The notes: generated by a model not told the origin, from the sequence alone. Positions 50,417 through 62,968 are shown, counted from the first letter of the stretch. The stretch: DNA of 64,000 nt from an uncultured Phycisphaerales bacterium (GCA_938084645.1 CALKEP010000002.1:64001-128000); one strand, 5' to 3'. Translations and numbers: made by a program.

Positions 50417-51754
50417 ATGATCAAGACCCTCCTCCAGACCTTCGAATGGCTTCGGCTGGCCGTGACCCAGCCCATGGGCCAGTTGACCGCGATGCAACGG
50501 CAGATCCGACGCTGGCTGGAGGTCCTCCGCTACTGCGGGCGACACCTCGGCGAGGATCGAGCCCCGGTCCTCGCCGCCGCGCTGTCGTTCCGGACCCTTT
50601 TCGGGCTCGTCCCGGTCCTGGTGGTCGCGACGGTGATCGCCCGGAGCTTCCTCAAGGACGAATTCCCGAACTTCGTTCGAAACATCATCACCGAGCTCGG
50701 GCTGGCCGACGTCTCGCTCGGGGGGGTCGACGGGGCGAGCGGTCGGGATCTGGGTTCGTGGCTCGAAGGTCTCATCGCGAACGCGTCGAGCGTCGACCTC
50801 TCGACGCTTGGGTGGGTCGGATTCGTGGTCGTCGCCTTCTCCGCGATCTGGGTCCTGGTCACGATCGAGGAAGGCTTCAACCGGATCTACCGAGCCCCGA
50901 GCGGTCGGACCTGGCTCAAGCGACTGATGATCTACTGGTTCCTGCTCACCTTTCCAGCGGTCCTGATCGGTGGCGCCCCGCTCGTGATCGCTCAGATCGA
51001 TGCGATCCGCGGGTTCCTGCCCGACTGGGCATGGCTGGCGACGACCGCCGAATTCCTCGCGGGCGCCCTCGTCCTCTGGGTGCTTCTTCTGATGACCTAC
51101 CTGTGGGTGCCGAACACGGTGGTCAAGGTTCGACCCGCGATGGTCGGCGCATTCACCGCGGCGATCCTGATCGAGGCCGCGAAGCATCTTCTCGGCATCT
51201 ACACGTCGCAGGCCCTGACGCTGAACAAGCTCTACGGCTCGCTCGGCCTGATCCCGCTCTTCATGTTCTGGATGTACCTGATGTGGATCTTCGTTCTCCT
51301 CGGACTCGAGGTCTCCGCGATCATCCAGGTCCTGCGGGGTCGCGACATCGAGATCCTCGCCCGTCAGGACGAGGAGGATGGCCTGGTCGATCCCGCGATC
51401 GCGATCCGAGTGGTCCAACTCGTCGCGGCCGGTTTCGAGGACGGGGTGGCCTCCGAGCCCGACACCCTCTCTCGAGAGCTCAAACTCGACCTCCGGCTGA
51501 TTCGAGCGATTCTGGACCGGCTTGAACGAGCCGGAATCCTCCTCCGGCTCGAGTCCATGGACGGTTACAGCCTCGCGAAGCCCGCCGATCGAATCGACCT
51601 GGAGGCGATTCTCTCGATCGGATTCGACTTCGCCGACGAGAAATCCATCGAGTTCGGCCCCCTCTTCGACCGTCTCCGGGCGGCTCAGCGAGCCGCGGTG
51701 GAGGGTATGAGCCTGAAGTCCCTGGACGTCGAGCCACCGCCGGCCCGGGGATAA
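50417..51754 (+). CDS. YihY/BrkB family inner-membrane protein with C-terminal Rrf2-like wHTH
   Basis: 'AAALSFRTLFGLVP', 'IEEGFNRIY', 'LYGSLGLIPLFMFW', 'GYSLAKPADRI'. Confidence 0.88.
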   Translation: MIKTLLQTFEWLRLAVTQPMGQLTAMQRQIRRWLEVLRYCGRHLGEDRAPVLAAALSFRTLFGLVPVLVVATVIARSFLKDEFPNFVRNIITELGLADVSLGGVDGASGRDLGSWLEGLIANASSVDLSTLGWVGFVVVAFSAIWVLVTIEEGFNRIYRAPSGRTWLKRLMIYWFLLTFPAVLIGGAPLVIAQIDAIRGFLPDWAWLATTAEFLAGALVLWVLLLMTYLWVPNTVVKVRPAMVGAFTAAILIEAAKHLLGIYTSQALTLNKLYGSLGLIPLFMFWMYLMWIFVLLGLEVSAIIQVLRGRDIEILARQDEEDGLVDPAIAIRVVQLVAAGFEDGVASEPDTLSRELKLDLRLIRAILDRLERAGILLRLESMDGYSLAKPADRIDLEAILSIGFDFADEKSIEFGPLFDRLRAAQRAAVEGMSLKSLDVEPPPARG

Positions 51755-51906
51755 CTGGACACCTCGGTCATCCCCGGCCGACATGAAAGAAGCGGGTCGT
51801 GGATCGCCTTGTCCTCGATCGACCCGAAAGGAGATCGTGGCCTACGCCTCGATTCCGTCCCGGAGGATCCGGGATCTCCACAGGGGTCGGTTGGTTGGAG
51901 ACCAGC

Positions 51907-52872
51907 ATGCCGATGGACGAATCTCCCGTCAGTCACGAAGATGTGAAGGCCTCCGCCGCCGTCGAACGGGACGTCGGCGGCATGAGCGACATCTGGTCGT
52001 CGATCGGTCCGGGCCGACCCACGAACGAGATCGAAGGACCGCCCACCATTCGTCCCATCGACGATCCCGGCAGAGCCGACCCGAAGAACAGGACCCCCAT
52101 GACCTCGCCGACGCCGAACATCGACTTGACCGGAACCCCCACCAACCGTCCCGCGGACACGCCGGCCGGGACGAGTGACGCCATTCGCGATGAACTCCGG
52201 ATCGGCGTTCGAATGCTGGAGGCGCTCGAGCTCCAGTTGAAGCGGGCCGAGGAGTTGATCACCGCGCAAAGCGAAGTGACCCGCCGGGCCGAACTCGCCA
52301 ACGAACGGCTCGAGGCGACCCTCAGGCAGGCGGCCGCGCCCGCGACCACCGCAACGACGACCGACCCTTCGACCGACGAGAACACCGCGGCGACGACGAC
52401 CGTCGAGCTTCGACAGATCCTCGACCGTGCGAGCGACCTTCGACGCGACTTCCACGGAGATCTCTCCGCCGTCGCGAAGGCGACCTCCGCCCTGATGGAG
52501 GCGGTCGAAATCGCCGCCGGCACCGAACGAACCCTGCGAAGCGCCATCGGCGAAGCCGAACGAACCACCCCCGCCACCGGGACCCCGGGGATCGGCGCTG
52601 CCGCCGAGTCGATCGGCGAAGTGCTGCGACGACTGGCCCGGGAATTCGACGCCGCGGCGGATTCCGCGGTCCCCGTGCCCACGTCACCCGCGCCCGCCCC
52701 CATCCCCGAGCCCTTCGACGCGACACCGGCTCCCTCGATCGGGAGCATCGATCCACACGAGCGACGACGGGTCGGCACCCTTGAGATCACCCGACCGTTG
52801 GAGTTCGATCTGACCGGGTCCGGGGAACGAGCCACGCCAGAGCCCGGATCGACGGCGCCCTCAACGACGTGA
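51907..52872 (+). CDS. Hypothetical coiled-coil/low-complexity protein
   Basis: Typical codon usage, GGAG upstream, heptad-like central region. Confidence 0.6.
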   Translation: MPMDESPVSHEDVKASAAVERDVGGMSDIWSSIGPGRPTNEIEGPPTIRPIDDPGRADPKNRTPMTSPTPNIDLTGTPTNRPADTPAGTSDAIRDELRIGVRMLEALELQLKRAEELITAQSEVTRRAELANERLEATLRQAAAPATTATTTDPSTDENTAATTTVELRQILDRASDLRRDFHGDLSAVAKATSALMEAVEIAAGTERTLRSAIGEAERTTPATGTPGIGAAAESIGEVLRRLAREFDAAADSAVPVPTSPAPAPIPEPFDATPAPSIGSIDPHERRRVGTLEITRPLEFDLTGSGERATPEPGSTAPSTT

Positions 52873-52952
52873 CGATGTCGAATGGCCGTGGGTTCACCAC
52901 CGGTCGACGCGGGATCCGACGTGGACGCCACGCGGTCTCCAGGTGAACGGGC

Positions 52953-54002
52953 TCAGGGCCGCGGTAGTCCCGCCGCCGCCCGCTCGGCCTCGAGCCATCG
53001 CCGCTGGATCGACGCCACCGGACCGAAGGCCTGCTCGAAGGCGACGTGTCGCCCCATTTCCGGCGTCGCCGAGACGGCGTTCGGACGAGCGAAGTACTGG
53101 GCCATGCCCGCGGGCTCGTGGCGCACCAGCCAGCTGCAGAGGGTCGCGGCGGCGTCGTAGAACGCGGCCCGCGACGACTCGCCGTCGGGCACCGCCCGAG
53201 CTTCGATCATCGACGCGATCGACGGCACTCGACCTGCCGCGAGTTGCCGTCGGAACTCCTCGGTCCGACCGTTCTCGGGCCGGCTCGGACCGAAACGTTC
53301 GGTCACCACGCGAGGCTCGAAACTCCCGGCGATCCCCTCGACGAGCCAGATGGGATTCTCGGTGGAGGCGGTGAGCGCTCCCTGTTCGTGCAGCAGGAGG
53401 TGCACCGCCTCGTGGATCACGACGGAGGCCGTGGCGTGATCGGAGAACATCTCGATCGCGTCGAGTTGCCCACGATCGACGTCGCCGCCGCCCGATCGGT
53501 GGCGTGCCAGTCGGTTCGTCGCATCACGCACCGACGGGTTGTCGCTCGCGTGGTGGTAGACCATGTGGCCACCCTTCGGGGAGAAGTACCCGGCCAGCCA
53601 ACGGGCGTGGACCTGATCGCTCCACCCGGCGAAGCCCATGAATTCGGTTCTCGACGCGAACGCGATGACGAGTCGCCGACGACGACGCTCGGAGTCGTCA
53701 CGCTCGAGTCCGAGGGTCGCGCAGAAGTCGTCGACCGCGTGGGCGGTCCGTTCCAGCAGTCGACCGTGGCGGGCCGACTCCTCGTCCGGCAGGTCCGACA
53801 GCAGTTCGAACCGGGTGGTCCGATGCCGCTTCATCGCCGGGTACCGATCGAGAATCTCCTCGATCTTCCTCTCCATCGCGGCGTCGCCTCCGCCGTCGAG
53901 ACGAATCTCGATGGGCGGTCCAGCCTCGGTCTCGTCCACGGGCGGCGTGACCAGGCGAAACGCTCCGGCCGCGAGCAGCAACGAAAGAATGGCGATTCTC
54001 AT
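52953..54002 (-). CDS. Secreted DUF1570-like zincin-motif protein
   Basis: Signal peptide; 'HEAVH', 'PIWLVEGIAGSFE'. Confidence 0.75.
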   Translation of the reverse strand: MRIAILSLLLAAGAFRLVTPPVDETEAGPPIEIRLDGGGDAAMERKIEEILDRYPAMKRHRTTRFELLSDLPDEESARHGRLLERTAHAVDDFCATLGLERDDSERRRRRLVIAFASRTEFMGFAGWSDQVHARWLAGYFSPKGGHMVYHHASDNPSVRDATNRLARHRSGGGDVDRGQLDAIEMFSDHATASVVIHEAVHLLLHEQGALTASTENPIWLVEGIAGSFEPRVVTERFGPSRPENGRTEEFRRQLAAGRVPSIASMIEARAVPDGESSRAAFYDAAATLCSWLVRHEPAGMAQYFARPNAVSATPEMGRHVAFEQAFGPVASIQRRWLEAERAAAGLPRP

Positions 54003-54113
54003 ACCGGTCGGGTCGGCCGGATGATGCCGGCCGTTCAGGAGAGTTCCCCCCGATCACGCTGAAGTTGGACACCCAGGTTCAAGTGCGCGGACGCGGCGTC
54101 CGATACCTCGAAC

Positions 54114-55325
54114 ATGGACCGCTCCAGCCACCGATCCCGAACCGTTCGGATCGCCGGTGTCGTCGCCGTGCTGCTGGTCGCCTGCGCCGCGTCGGCGGGC
54201 GGTGATCCACCCGTCGGCACCACGGACCAAACACGGATGCATCCCGCGGTCTGGCGACCCGACCACCCGCCGAAGATCGCCGTCGCCGATGCCGGCGCGG
54301 CAGGACTCGGTCGCAGCGCGATCCTGGTCGGCGGATTCACCGGCGACCTCGCCGCGACCGCCGCGGTGCAGGTGCGGAATCCCCGTCACGGCTGGGAGCC
54401 CGTCGGATGCGCTCTCTTAACGCCCCGCGCCGGCGCGACGGTGATGGCGCTCGACGAGAAGCGGCTGCTGGTGATCGGCGGCTGGACCGGTGTCCTCCCC
54501 GACACGGTCACCCGACTGGACAGCGTCGAGATCTGCGAGCCGGAACAACCACACCGACGAAGAACGATCCCGCCGCCGTTTGAGACGACCGAAGACGGAC
54601 TCGAAGGCCATGCCGCGACGTTGCTTCCCGATGGCCGCGTGGTTCTCCTGCACCGGAACCGACTCGCCGTCTTCGATCCCGACTCGGAACGGTGGTCACC
54701 GCCGACCCCGATCGACACGACCTGCCTTCATGCTTCCGTGACGGCCGTCGGCGCCGATCACCTCGTTCTGGTCGGTGGCACGCTTCGGGGAGATGAGGCC
54801 ACGGTCCGATCGATCCACCTCGACTCGAGCGGTCTGCGTCACGTGAACTGGAACGACGCATCGATGCCGGCCCTCGAGGATGCGACGTCGATCCTCCTCG
54901 ATGACGAACGAATCCTCGTGGTCGGCGGCTCGATCGACGGGACCAGTGATTCGAGAACCTGGATCCTGGACCCCACCCGACGCGACGTCCGGCCGGGGCC
55001 GATGCTCCCGATCGAAGGCGGCATCGCCGACGCGACCCTCCATCGAAGCGGATTCGGCGTGCTGGTGGTCGGCGGTGAACGACGGATCGAAGGCCGGCCG
55101 GTTCCTCCGTTCGGCCCCGCGATCATCCAAATCGATCGGAACACCGCCCGACGACTGCCTCATCCGCCGACCTCCGCCATCCGGACCGCGATCCTCGCGG
55201 GCCCCTCGGGAATCGAACGCATCGGCGGATATCGGTTCAGGGCGACGGCCCGCGATCGGGGACGCGCCTCGGTCCTCGAGGACGCCGCGTCGCTGCGTCT
55301 CGTCCCGGTCGTCGTCGCGGACTGA
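54114..55325 (+). CDS. Secreted Kelch-repeat beta-propeller protein
   Basis: Signal peptide; repeated 'LLVIGG', 'HAATLLPDGRV', 'ILVVGG'. Confidence 0.75.
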   Translation: MDRSSHRSRTVRIAGVVAVLLVACAASAGGDPPVGTTDQTRMHPAVWRPDHPPKIAVADAGAAGLGRSAILVGGFTGDLAATAAVQVRNPRHGWEPVGCALLTPRAGATVMALDEKRLLVIGGWTGVLPDTVTRLDSVEICEPEQPHRRRTIPPPFETTEDGLEGHAATLLPDGRVVLLHRNRLAVFDPDSERWSPPTPIDTTCLHASVTAVGADHLVLVGGTLRGDEATVRSIHLDSSGLRHVNWNDASMPALEDATSILLDDERILVVGGSIDGTSDSRTWILDPTRRDVRPGPMLPIEGGIADATLHRSGFGVLVVGGERRIEGRPVPPFGPAIIQIDRNTARRLPHPPTSAIRTAILAGPSGIERIGGYRFRATARDRGRASVLEDAASLRLVPVVVAD

Positions 55326-55441
55326 ACGTCCGGATATGGCCCGTGGATCGCTGCGCGATCCCCACCACCCGGACATTCCCACCACCATCCCACCGAGACG
55401 CGACGGAGGGCGTGCATGTCGCTCGGTCGTATTCGACCTGT

Positions 55442-55882
55442 ATGTTCATGCAGTACCCGAACCACGACGGCTCGATCGAGATCGCCTGGGAGGACACTTC
55501 CGGAACCGGATACACCACCCGGACGATGTCCACCACGGAGCCCGCGGAGCTCCGGCTGGGTCCGAATTCGATCCTCGTACGCCCGCTGGGGCCGGCCATC
55601 AACCGGGACGAGGCATCGGCGATCGCCGGACTGGTCGCGTCGGAGTACCGCGACCGCCGAAGCGCTCCAAAGCGGCTGCTGGTCGATTTCTCGGCGGTCT
55701 CGGTCCCCTCCAGCATGGCCATCGGGCTGCTGCTCGAGCTGGCCCGGATGGCGGATGAAGGAGGCTCGGATCCGCATCTTCATGCCTCCCGCAGAATGTT
55801 GGAGGTCTTGAGGATGCTTCGACTCGACGGGCGTTATACGATGGTGGTGTCGGAAAGACGGCTCGACGAACTGCTCCGCTGA
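55442..55882 (+). CDS. STAS-domain (anti-anti-sigma-like) protein
   Basis: 'LLVDFSAVSVPSSMAIGLLL...EVLRMLRLD'. Confidence 0.75.
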   Translation: MFMQYPNHDGSIEIAWEDTSGTGYTTRTMSTTEPAELRLGPNSILVRPLGPAINRDEASAIAGLVASEYRDRRSAPKRLLVDFSAVSVPSSMAIGLLLELARMADEGGSDPHLHASRRMLEVLRMLRLDGRYTMVVSERRLDELLR

Positions 55883-55942
55883 CCCAGCGGGTCCGTGGCG
55901 GGTCGGTCGAACCGATCGAACTTCGCCCCACCGGACCCCTTG

Positions 55943-56155
55943 ATGCCCGAACGCACCGCCACCATTCGAACGATCGTCCTGCTCGCCGCGACGGCCTCGC
56001 TGGTCCTCACGGCGGGCTGCTACACGCGCGTGGTGGGCGTGAAGAACGCGCCGAACTACACCGGCGAAGTCTACGAGCCCAACGTCGAAGAGGGGAACGA
56101 GAACCTCTTCAAGACCAAGACCCGGACGTACAAGGGCACGTCCTTCGTCGACTGA
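55943..56155 (+). CDS. Small lipoprotein
   Basis: Signal peptide with lipobox 'LTAGC'. Confidence 0.7.
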   Translation: MPERTATIRTIVLLAATASLVLTAGCYTRVVGVKNAPNYTGEVYEPNVEEGNENLFKTKTRTYKGTSFVD

Positions 56156-56219
56156 CGCATCCGACCCTGCCGGCCGGACGAATCCACCGCAAGCATTCCG
56201 AACCTCGAGAACACGCACC

Positions 56220-56789
56220 ATGGGCATCGAAGCCGCACTTCCCACCGACAGCCTCCTCACCACGCAGTTCCACCGCGTCGCCAACTGGGCGCGTCGATCG
56301 AGCGTGTGGCCGATGCCCTTCGCCACGGCCTGCTGCGGCATCGAACTGATGGCGACCGCGTGCAGCCGATTCGACCTTGCGCGGTTCGGGGCCGAAGTGA
56401 TGCGCTTCAGCCCCCGCCAGAGCGACCTGATGATCGTGGCCGGTCGCGTCTCGGTGAAGACGCTCCCGGTGCTCCAGCGGATCTACATGCAGATGGCGGA
56501 ACCGAAGTGGGTCATCTCGATGGGCGCCTGCGCCTCGACCGGCGGTGTCTTCGACACCTACGCCGTGGTCCAGGGCGTCGACCAGTTCATCCCGGTCGAC
56601 GTCTACGTCCCCGGATGCCCGCCGCGTCCGGAGATGCTGATCGAGGGGATCATGGCGATCCAGAAGATCATCGACAACGACAACCTTCCCCGCGACCCCG
56701 ACGGCAAGCGACTTCCCCTGCAGCTCGCGGTGCAGCCGAACTTCCAGCCGGCCCCGCAGCCGGTCGACGTGTCGATCGGCGCGAGCTGA
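56220..56789 (+). CDS. nuoB: NADH-quinone oxidoreductase subunit B
   Basis: 'ACCGIE', 'SPRQSD', 'SMGACAS', '[12 protein letters not shown]'. Confidence 0.96.
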   Translation: MGIEAALPTDSLLTTQFHRVANWARRSSVWPMPFATACCGIELMATACSRFDLARFGAEVMRFSPRQSDLMIVAGRVSVKTLPVLQRIYMQMAEPKWVISMGACASTGGVFDTYAVVQGVDQFIPVDVYVPGCPPRPEMLIEGIMAIQKIIDNDNLPRDPDGKRLPLQLAVQPNFQPAPQPVDVSIGAS

Positions 56790-56883
56790 TCGGCGACGAC
56801 GGAAGGCCATGTGGACTCGAACCCGGCCCCCTGCATCATCCTGATGCAGGGGTCTTCGTGTTCAGGCCGATCGGCACCGGAAC

Positions 56884-57327
56884 TCAGAGCCGGACCCGGC
56901 CGTCGCCATCGAGGGCCACGGACGGATTCCAGGCGATCTCCCAGGCGAATCCGTCGGGATCCGCGAAGTAGCCACGCACCCCGCCCCACGGTGGCGGTGA
57001 TGCGGGCCGCGTGATCCGCCCACCCGCGCGTTCCGCCCGCTGAAGGATCGCCTCGACCTCGGATTCCTCCGAGACGTTCACCGACAGCGAAGCCGTGAGC
57101 CCCGCGTCGACGCCCGAGCCGGGAACGCCGGCGTCTTCCGCGAGCGCGGCCCGGGGGAACAACGCGAAGATCTGCCCCCCGAGATCGTGGAAGACGACGT
57201 GTTCGTTGCTTCGCGGATGCGCCTCGAGGCCCATCGCCGCGTAGAACGCGCGACTCCGAGCGAGGTCGGTGACCCCGAGCGTGACGAATGAGATGGCGGA
57301 TCCGAGTCCCGGCTCGCGGTCGGTCAT
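56884..57327 (-). CDS. VOC family protein
   Basis: 'VTLGVTDLARSRAFY', 'WGG..GYFADPDGFAWEIAWNP'. Confidence 0.9.
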   Translation of the reverse strand: MTDREPGLGSAISFVTLGVTDLARSRAFYAAMGLEAHPRSNEHVVFHDLGGQIFALFPRAALAEDAGVPGSGVDAGLTASLSVNVSEESEVEAILQRAERAGGRITRPASPPPWGGVRGYFADPDGFAWEIAWNPSVALDGDGRVRL

Positions 57328-57465
57328 GCCCGGACTCTATCCGCGAAGGACGCCCCGAACCGGATCACGACCTCCCCCCGTCCCGAATCCGGCTCGCCGG
57401 ACTTCCTTCGGGGATCCGCTCCCTGTTCCACGACCGAAGGCGATGCGGACCGTATCCTGCACCCC

Positions 57466-58734
57466 ATGACCTCCGTTCCTTCGAACGATCGCCGTGGGCT
57501 CCAGACCATCTCGTCCTCGGTCCGCGGCGCAGCGGAGGCGGCGATGGAGGCGACCGGCGGCCTGCTGCGACTCGCACCCAACTGGGTCCCCCGGTCGTTC
57601 CTGCAACCCGGCCTGCGAATCAAGCTCCACCCCGACGACACCTACGCCTTCGGACTGGAACGTGGCGGCATCGACGAGCGGTGGTTCGGATCGACCACCG
57701 AGGCGGCCAACGACGGTCGGGAACCCGATGAGGGCCTGTCCTACGTCGTGCACGACGGGACGCGTCTCCTGCTTCGGGACGTCGTCGCGGAACTCGGGGC
57801 CGACGTCGTCGGCGCCTCGATCTGGTCGACGTACGGCCGCTGGCCCGTGTACTCCAAGTTCTTCGACAACATGGGCCCGATACCGCATCACATGCACCAG
57901 AACGACGAGCAGGCGGCCCTCGTCGGTCTCGAAGGCAAGCCCGAGGCCTACTACTTCCCCCCCCAGCACAACAACGTCGGCAACAACTTCCCGTACACCT
58001 TCATGGGATTCGAGCCGGGGACCACCCGTGAAGACGTTCGTCGATGCATCGCCGACTGGCACCGGGGCGACAATCGGATCCTCGAACTCTCGAAGGCCTA
58101 CAAGCTCCAGGTCGGGACCGGCTGGCTGATCCCGCCCTGCGTCCTGCACGCGCCGGGATCCCTCTGCACCTACGAACCGCAATGGGGCAGCGACGTCTTC
58201 GGGATGTACCAGAACCTGGTCGAGGGTCGTGCGGTCCCGAGATCGCTGCTGGTCAAGGACATGCCCGCCGACCGGCACGACGATGTCGAGTTCATTCTCG
58301 ATCAGCTCGACTGGGAACGAAACCTCGATCCGAACTTCAAGGACCGCCACTACCTCGAGCCCGTCGTCCACTCCCGAAGTGAAGCGCATGCCGACCGCTG
58401 GATCGTCTACGGCACGGTCGCGGGCCGGCAGCGGTTCTCCGCCAGGGAGTTGACCGTGCAGCCCGGAGCGAGCGTGACGATCACGGATCCGGGAGCCAGT
58501 TCGCTGATCGTCGTGCAGGGCTCGGGCCGGGTGAACGGCCTGGCCCTCGACTGTCCGAAACTCATTCGCTTCCACGAACTCACGCAGGACGAGGTCTTCG
58601 TCACCGACATCGCGGCTCGGGCGGGACTCCGCTTCGAGAACGACTCGGAGACCGAGGAGCTCGTGATCCTGCGATACTTCGGGCCCGACGTCCACGACGA
58701 TCTCCCCGAGGTCGGGGATCACCACCAGGATTGA
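57466..58734 (+). CDS. Uncharacterised bicupin-like protein (phosphomannose-isomerase-like metal motifs)
   Basis: 'PHHMHQ...KPEAYY...VLHAPG...YEPQ..SD' resembles type I PMI cupin ligands. Confidence 0.65.
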   Translation: MTSVPSNDRRGLQTISSSVRGAAEAAMEATGGLLRLAPNWVPRSFLQPGLRIKLHPDDTYAFGLERGGIDERWFGSTTEAANDGREPDEGLSYVVHDGTRLLLRDVVAELGADVVGASIWSTYGRWPVYSKFFDNMGPIPHHMHQNDEQAALVGLEGKPEAYYFPPQHNNVGNNFPYTFMGFEPGTTREDVRRCIADWHRGDNRILELSKAYKLQVGTGWLIPPCVLHAPGSLCTYEPQWGSDVFGMYQNLVEGRAVPRSLLVKDMPADRHDDVEFILDQLDWERNLDPNFKDRHYLEPVVHSRSEAHADRWIVYGTVAGRQRFSARELTVQPGASVTITDPGASSLIVVQGSGRVNGLALDCPKLIRFHELTQDEVFVTDIAARAGLRFENDSETEELVILRYFGPDVHDDLPEVGDHHQD

Positions 58735-58784
58735 GCCGGTTCGAGGATCGCCGGCGCCGACCCCACAGCCGAAGGACCAACGCC

Positions 58785-59813
<1,029 letters not shown>

Positions 59814-59883
59814 TCCTCCAAGACGCCACCCGCCGCCCCCAACGCCCCTCGAACCCGCAAACCCCTGTGGAATCGGACGTCCA

Positions 59884-61044
59884 ATGACCACCAAAACGCC
59901 TCTCCGAATCGGCATCGTCGGCTACGGCTTCATGGGCCGCACCCACACCAACGGCTACAAGCGGGCGAACGACTTCTTCGAACTCGAGCATCGCCCGGTC
60001 CTGCAGGCCGCCTGCGGACGCGACGCCGCGAAGACGAAGGCGTTCGCGGACCAGTGGGGCTGGCAGTCGGTCGAGTCCGACTGGCGGCGACTCGTCGAAC
60101 GAGACGACATCGACGCGATCGACATCTGCACGCCGAACGACTCCCACGCCGAGATCGCGATCGCCGCCGCGGAAGCGGGCAAGATGGTCCTCTGCGAAAA
60201 GCCGCTCGCCCGCACCGCCGAGGAGTCGTTGCCGATGGTCGAGGCCGTGGAACGGGCCGGGGTCGCGAACACCGTCTTCTACAACTACCGACGGATCCCC
60301 GCGGTGACGCTGGCGAAGCAGGTCGTCGATTCGGGCAGGCTCGGGCGGATCTTCCACTATCGCGCGAACTTCCTCCAGGACTGGACGATCGCGGAGGACC
60401 TTCCACAGGGCGGCGCCGCCCTCTGGCGACTCGATGCCGCGGCCGCGGGCAGCGGCGTGACCGGCGATCTGCTCGCGCACTGCATCGACACCGCGATGTG
60501 GCTGAACGGCGGCATCGCCGACGTCTCCGCCCGCACCGAGACGTTCATCAAGGAACGCGTCCATCAGGACACCGGCGACACCCGACCGGTCACCATCGAC
60601 GATGCATGCTCCTTCCACTGCGGCTTCGCCAACGGTTCGCTCGGCCTGTTCGAATCGACTCGGTACGCCCGTGGCCACAAGGCGCTCTACACGTTCGAGA
60701 TCAACGGCGAACACGCGTCCATGCGCTGGGACCTGCACGACCTGAATCGCCTCGAGTACTTCGATCACCGCGACGAGGGAATCGTCCGAGGCTGGCGGAA
60801 CATCCACGTCTCGGACGGCGACCAGCCCTACATGGACCGCTGGTGGGTGCCGGGGCTCTGCATCGGCTACGAACACAGCTTCGTGCACCAGATCGTCGAC
60901 TTCCTGAAGGCCCTGGAGGAGGGCACGCCGTGCCCGCCGACGTTCCGGGACGCCCACGAGACCGCGAAGGTCTGCGATGCGGTGCTCGCTTCGGCCCGGG
61001 ACCGCGCGTGGAAGGACACCGGCGTCGATTGGAATGGATCCTGA
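59884..61044 (+). CDS. Gfo/Idh/MocA family oxidoreductase
   Basis: 'GYGFMG', 'ICTPNDSH', 'CEKPLA', 'DLLAH'. Confidence 0.92.
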   Translation: MTTKTPLRIGIVGYGFMGRTHTNGYKRANDFFELEHRPVLQAACGRDAAKTKAFADQWGWQSVESDWRRLVERDDIDAIDICTPNDSHAEIAIAAAEAGKMVLCEKPLARTAEESLPMVEAVERAGVANTVFYNYRRIPAVTLAKQVVDSGRLGRIFHYRANFLQDWTIAEDLPQGGAALWRLDAAAAGSGVTGDLLAHCIDTAMWLNGGIADVSARTETFIKERVHQDTGDTRPVTIDDACSFHCGFANGSLGLFESTRYARGHKALYTFEINGEHASMRWDLHDLNRLEYFDHRDEGIVRGWRNIHVSDGDQPYMDRWWVPGLCIGYEHSFVHQIVDFLKALEEGTPCPPTFRDAHETAKVCDAVLASARDRAWKDTGVDWNGS

Positions 61045-61096
61045 ACCGACGCGGTGACGGTGTTCCCGTCCCTCGATTCGCGACCGGGTACCCGAA

Positions 61097-62320
61097 TCAG
61101 GCGAGGGCGTCGACCCATTCGCGGATCCGACCGACACCCGCCCGGATCTGGTCCTCGCCGCACGCGAAGCTGATCCGGATGTGCGTTCGAGCGACGTCAC
61201 CGAAGTCATCACCCGGCACCACCGCGACTTCCTTCTCCTCCAGCAGGGCCTCGGCGAAGGAACCCGCGGAGTCGATTCGCCGCCCGGCGGGCGAGGTGAG
61301 ACCGAAGCATCGGGAGACGTCGGGGAACGCGTAGAACGCGCCACTCGGCGGCACCGTTTCGAACCGCTCGATCCCGCCGAGCAGGTCCGCCACCAGACGG
61401 GCCCGCTCCGCGAAGACGACCCGCATGGGGCCGCTGGTCTCCGACTGTCGTCGAATGGCCTCGCACGCCGCGGGCATCAGGAAGGTCGCGATTCCACTCG
61501 TCATCTGGCTCTGGAGCCGGGTCATCGCCTTCGCGACCACGCCGTCGTCGCCGGGCGCGACGGCCCAGCCGATCCGCCAACCGGTCATCGACATCGACTT
61601 GCTGAGCCCGTTGAGGGTGACGGTGCGTTCCCGGAGTTCCGGCAGCGACGCGGGACTGAACGGGCCGACCCCCGGTGCCATCTCCGGGTAGATCAGATCC
61701 TCGTAGATCTCATCGGAGACGAGGGTCGCGGTGGGATGCGACGCGATCACCCGGGCGAGGCCGGCGAGTTCGTCGGGGGTGTAGCAGACCCCGGTGGGAT
61801 TGCAGGGACTGTTCAGAATCACCGCGACGGTCCGATCGGACATCGCCGCCTCGAGCGCGGCGGGTTCGATCTTGAAACCGTCCCGGATCGTGGCGGGACA
61901 TTCGACCACCACGCCTCCCGCCAGCTCGATCATCGGGCGGTAGCTCAGCCAGGCCGGGGTCACGACGACCACCTCGTCGCCGGGATCGACGAGACACTGC
62001 ATGACCTCGAAGGCCGCGTGCTTCGCTCCCACCGTCACCACCACGTGCTCGGGGCCGCAGTCGATTCCGTTGTGGTTTCGCATCCGATCCGCGATGGCGG
62101 TCCGGAGGTCCGGGGATCCCGGCGTCGGCGCATACTTGGTGTGTCCCGCCGCCAGTGACTCCGAAGCCGCCTGCTTGACGAAGTCAGGGGTGTCGAAATC
62201 CGGTTCGCCCGCACCGAATCCGATGACGTCACGACCTTCCGCCCGGAGGGCCTTCGCCCTCGCGGTGACGGCCAGCGTCGCGGACCCTCGAAGCGATCGA
62301 ACTCGTGCGGAGCATTTCAT
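61097..62320 (-). CDS. PLP-dependent class I/II aminotransferase (aspartate aminotransferase-like)
   Basis: 'GEPDFDTP', 'NSPCNPTG', 'DEIY', 'SKSMSMTGWRIG'. Confidence 0.93.
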   Translation of the reverse strand: MKCSARVRSLRGSATLAVTARAKALRAEGRDVIGFGAGEPDFDTPDFVKQAASESLAAGHTKYAPTPGSPDLRTAIADRMRNHNGIDCGPEHVVVTVGAKHAAFEVMQCLVDPGDEVVVVTPAWLSYRPMIELAGGVVVECPATIRDGFKIEPAALEAAMSDRTVAVILNSPCNPTGVCYTPDELAGLARVIASHPTATLVSDEIYEDLIYPEMAPGVGPFSPASLPELRERTVTLNGLSKSMSMTGWRIGWAVAPGDDGVVAKAMTRLQSQMTSGIATFLMPAACEAIRRQSETSGPMRVVFAERARLVADLLGGIERFETVPPSGAFYAFPDVSRCFGLTSPAGRRIDSAGSFAEALLEEKEVAVVPGDDFGDVARTHIRISFACGEDQIRAGVGRIREWVDALA

Positions 62321-62380
62321 GGACCGGTACCCTAGCGTCCCACCCCGGTCCGCCACCAACCCCCTGTGAAAAACGACAAG

Positions 62381-62968
62381 ATGTCCAATCGCATCCTCGG
62401 AATTGCCGGAAGCACGCGTCAGGAATCCCTGAATCGCCGCCTCGTTCACGTCGCCCTGTCGGGCGCGGAATCGGCCGGTGCGGAGGTGGAACACCTCGAC
62501 CTGCGGGACCTCCGGATCCCGCTCTACGACGAGGTCGAGGAACGGAAGCACGGCATGCCCGAGGGGGTTCGACGACTTCGCGAGGCCCTGAAGCGGAGCC
62601 ACGGCGTCGTCGTCGCGAGCCCGGAGTACAACGGTTCGATGACCGCGGTCCTGAAGAACGCGATCGACTGGACGACCCGGCCCGATCCCGAATCACCCGA
62701 GGATCCGCCACTGGTCGCCTGGCGCGGCAAGGTCGCGGGTCTGCTCTCGACCAGTCCCGGCGGACTGGGTGGAATCCGGGGTCTCGTGCACGCCCGCGCG
62801 GTCCTTTCCCACGTCGGCTGCCACGTGGTCCCCCAGGAGGCCGCGATCCCCTTCGGTCACGACGCGTTCCACGACGACGGTTCGATCCTCGACGACAAGC
62901 GACATGCGTTGGTCCAGTCGGTGGGCCAGGCCGTCGCGGCCCTCGCCGCCCGACTCCCGCGGGATTGA
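62381..62968 (+). CDS. NAD(P)H-dependent FMN reductase
   Basis: 'GSTRQESLN', 'SPEYNGSMTAVLKNAIDW', 'SPGGLGG'. Confidence 0.93.
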   Translation: MSNRILGIAGSTRQESLNRRLVHVALSGAESAGAEVEHLDLRDLRIPLYDEVEERKHGMPEGVRRLREALKRSHGVVVASPEYNGSMTAVLKNAIDWTTRPDPESPEDPPLVAWRGKVAGLLSTSPGGLGGIRGLVHARAVLSHVGCHVVPQEAAIPFGHDAFHDDGSILDDKRHALVQSVGQAVAALAARLPRD

